Below are positions 63,297 to 64,000 of a stretch of 64,000 nt of DNA, one piece after another. The position numbers and the translations under genes were made by a program. Position 1 is the first letter of the stretch, and each line of letters begins with the position of its first letter. The DNA is from Pirellulales bacterium (lineage in GTDB: Bacteria; Planctomycetota; Planctomycetia; Pirellulales; PALSA-1355), in assembly GCA_963733035.1 (NCBI GenBank), contig CAVTBU010000007.1, forward strand, positions 608,001-672,000, read 5' to 3'. The notes beneath the pieces are model-generated. The model worked only from the letters and a program-made list of their open reading frames with translations. It was not told the origin of the DNA and searched no databases.

Positions 63297-64000
63297 ATGA
63301 ACGAGTTACGCAATCACATCCTGTTTACCGGCGGCGGCACCGCGGGGCATTTATTTCCGGGCCTGGCCGTGGCCGACTATTTGCACCGCCACGCGCCGCA
63401 GCTACGTATTTCCTTTGCAGGAACTGGCAAAAGTTTCGAGGCGCGCTACACCGAACAAGCGGGCTTCGCCTATTTGAGGCTTCCTAGCCGGCCGTTCCCA
63501 CGACGCGCGGCCGAAGCGCTGCGCTTCGTGACCGAGAATGTGGCGGGCTACTATGCGGCACGACGTCATCTGCGCGAGCAACAGGTCGGACTCGTCGTCG
63601 GGCTGGGCGGCTACGCCAGTGTGCCCGCGGCGCGAGCTGCCGCGGCGGCAGGCATCCCCTATCTATTGCTCGAGCAAAACGCCGTGCCGGGACGTGCCAC
63701 ACGGTGGCTGGCACCGGGGGCGAGCGGTGTCTGTTCCGCATTCGATGGGATTCGGCCCTATTTGAAGCACGGCTCGCGCGTTCGCGTGACGGGGAATCCG
63801 CTCCGGCGCCCTTTCCTCGAACGTGCCTTCCAACCGCGAAACCTTCCTGACCGTTTCGCCGGCAGGCGAACACTGTTGGTGATGGGGGGCAGCGGTGGCG
63901 CGCAGACATTGAACGAACAAGTTCCTCGGGCGCTTTACAAGGCTGGTGCCGTGCTGCATGGGTGGCAGGTCGTGCATCAAACCGGCCAGCGCGACGTCGG
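63297..64000 (+). CDS. murG: Lipid II GlcNAc transferase; truncated by the window end
   Basis: Manual translation gives TGGGTAGHLFPG, GLGGYAS, EQNAVPG, TGNP, MGGSGGA and HQTG. Confidence 0.95.
   Translation, partial: MNELRNHILFTGGGTAGHLFPGLAVADYLHRHAPQLRISFAGTGKSFEARYTEQAGFAYLRLPSRPFPRRAAEALRFVTENVAGYYAARRHLREQQVGLVVGLGGYASVPAARAAAAAGIPYLLLEQNAVPGRATRWLAPGASGVCSAFDGIRPYLKHGSRVRVTGNPLRRPFLERAFQPRNLPDRFAGRRTLLVMGGSGGAQTLNEQVPRALYKAGAVLHGWQVVHQTGQRDV

Overview
GC-rich bacterial chromosome segment with a Planctomycetota signature (DUF1559 prepilin-like genes, a PEP-CTERM protein, FHA proteins, an HTH-fused PTS IIA, SHD1 domain, arylsulfatase), probably Pirellulales-like. The taxonomy is inferred from gene content only. 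Most of the window is housekeeping: queF/queC/queE, trpD, purC, eda, clpX, copA, leuB, dksA, htrA, and a reduced murE-murF-mraY-murG cluster. I found no rRNA, tRNA, CRISPR array, transposase or integrase. About 11 small indels break otherwise intact genes, including essential ones, which points to long-read consensus errors rather than true pseudogenes. Best candidates for undescribed systems: (1) a divergon of hemP versus PEP-CTERM + DUF1559 + DUF4198/DUF3386 genes, where each of the two divergent promoters has its own copy of a Fur/RirA-like palindrome; (2) a TPR-ExbB-ExbD operon whose last gene has a TonB/TolA-type S-x3-H transmembrane motif and a Pro-rich stalk but ends in a prenyltransferase/squalene-cyclase-type barrel; (3) a three-unit array of long inverted repeats with constant 35-nt loops; (4) dense hairpin arrays between murF and mraY and in the clpX leader; (5) an apparently catalytically dead phosphomannomutase-like protein with a Cys/His N-terminus directly downstream of an ECF sigma factor. 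All calls are by eye, from motifs; no database search was run.
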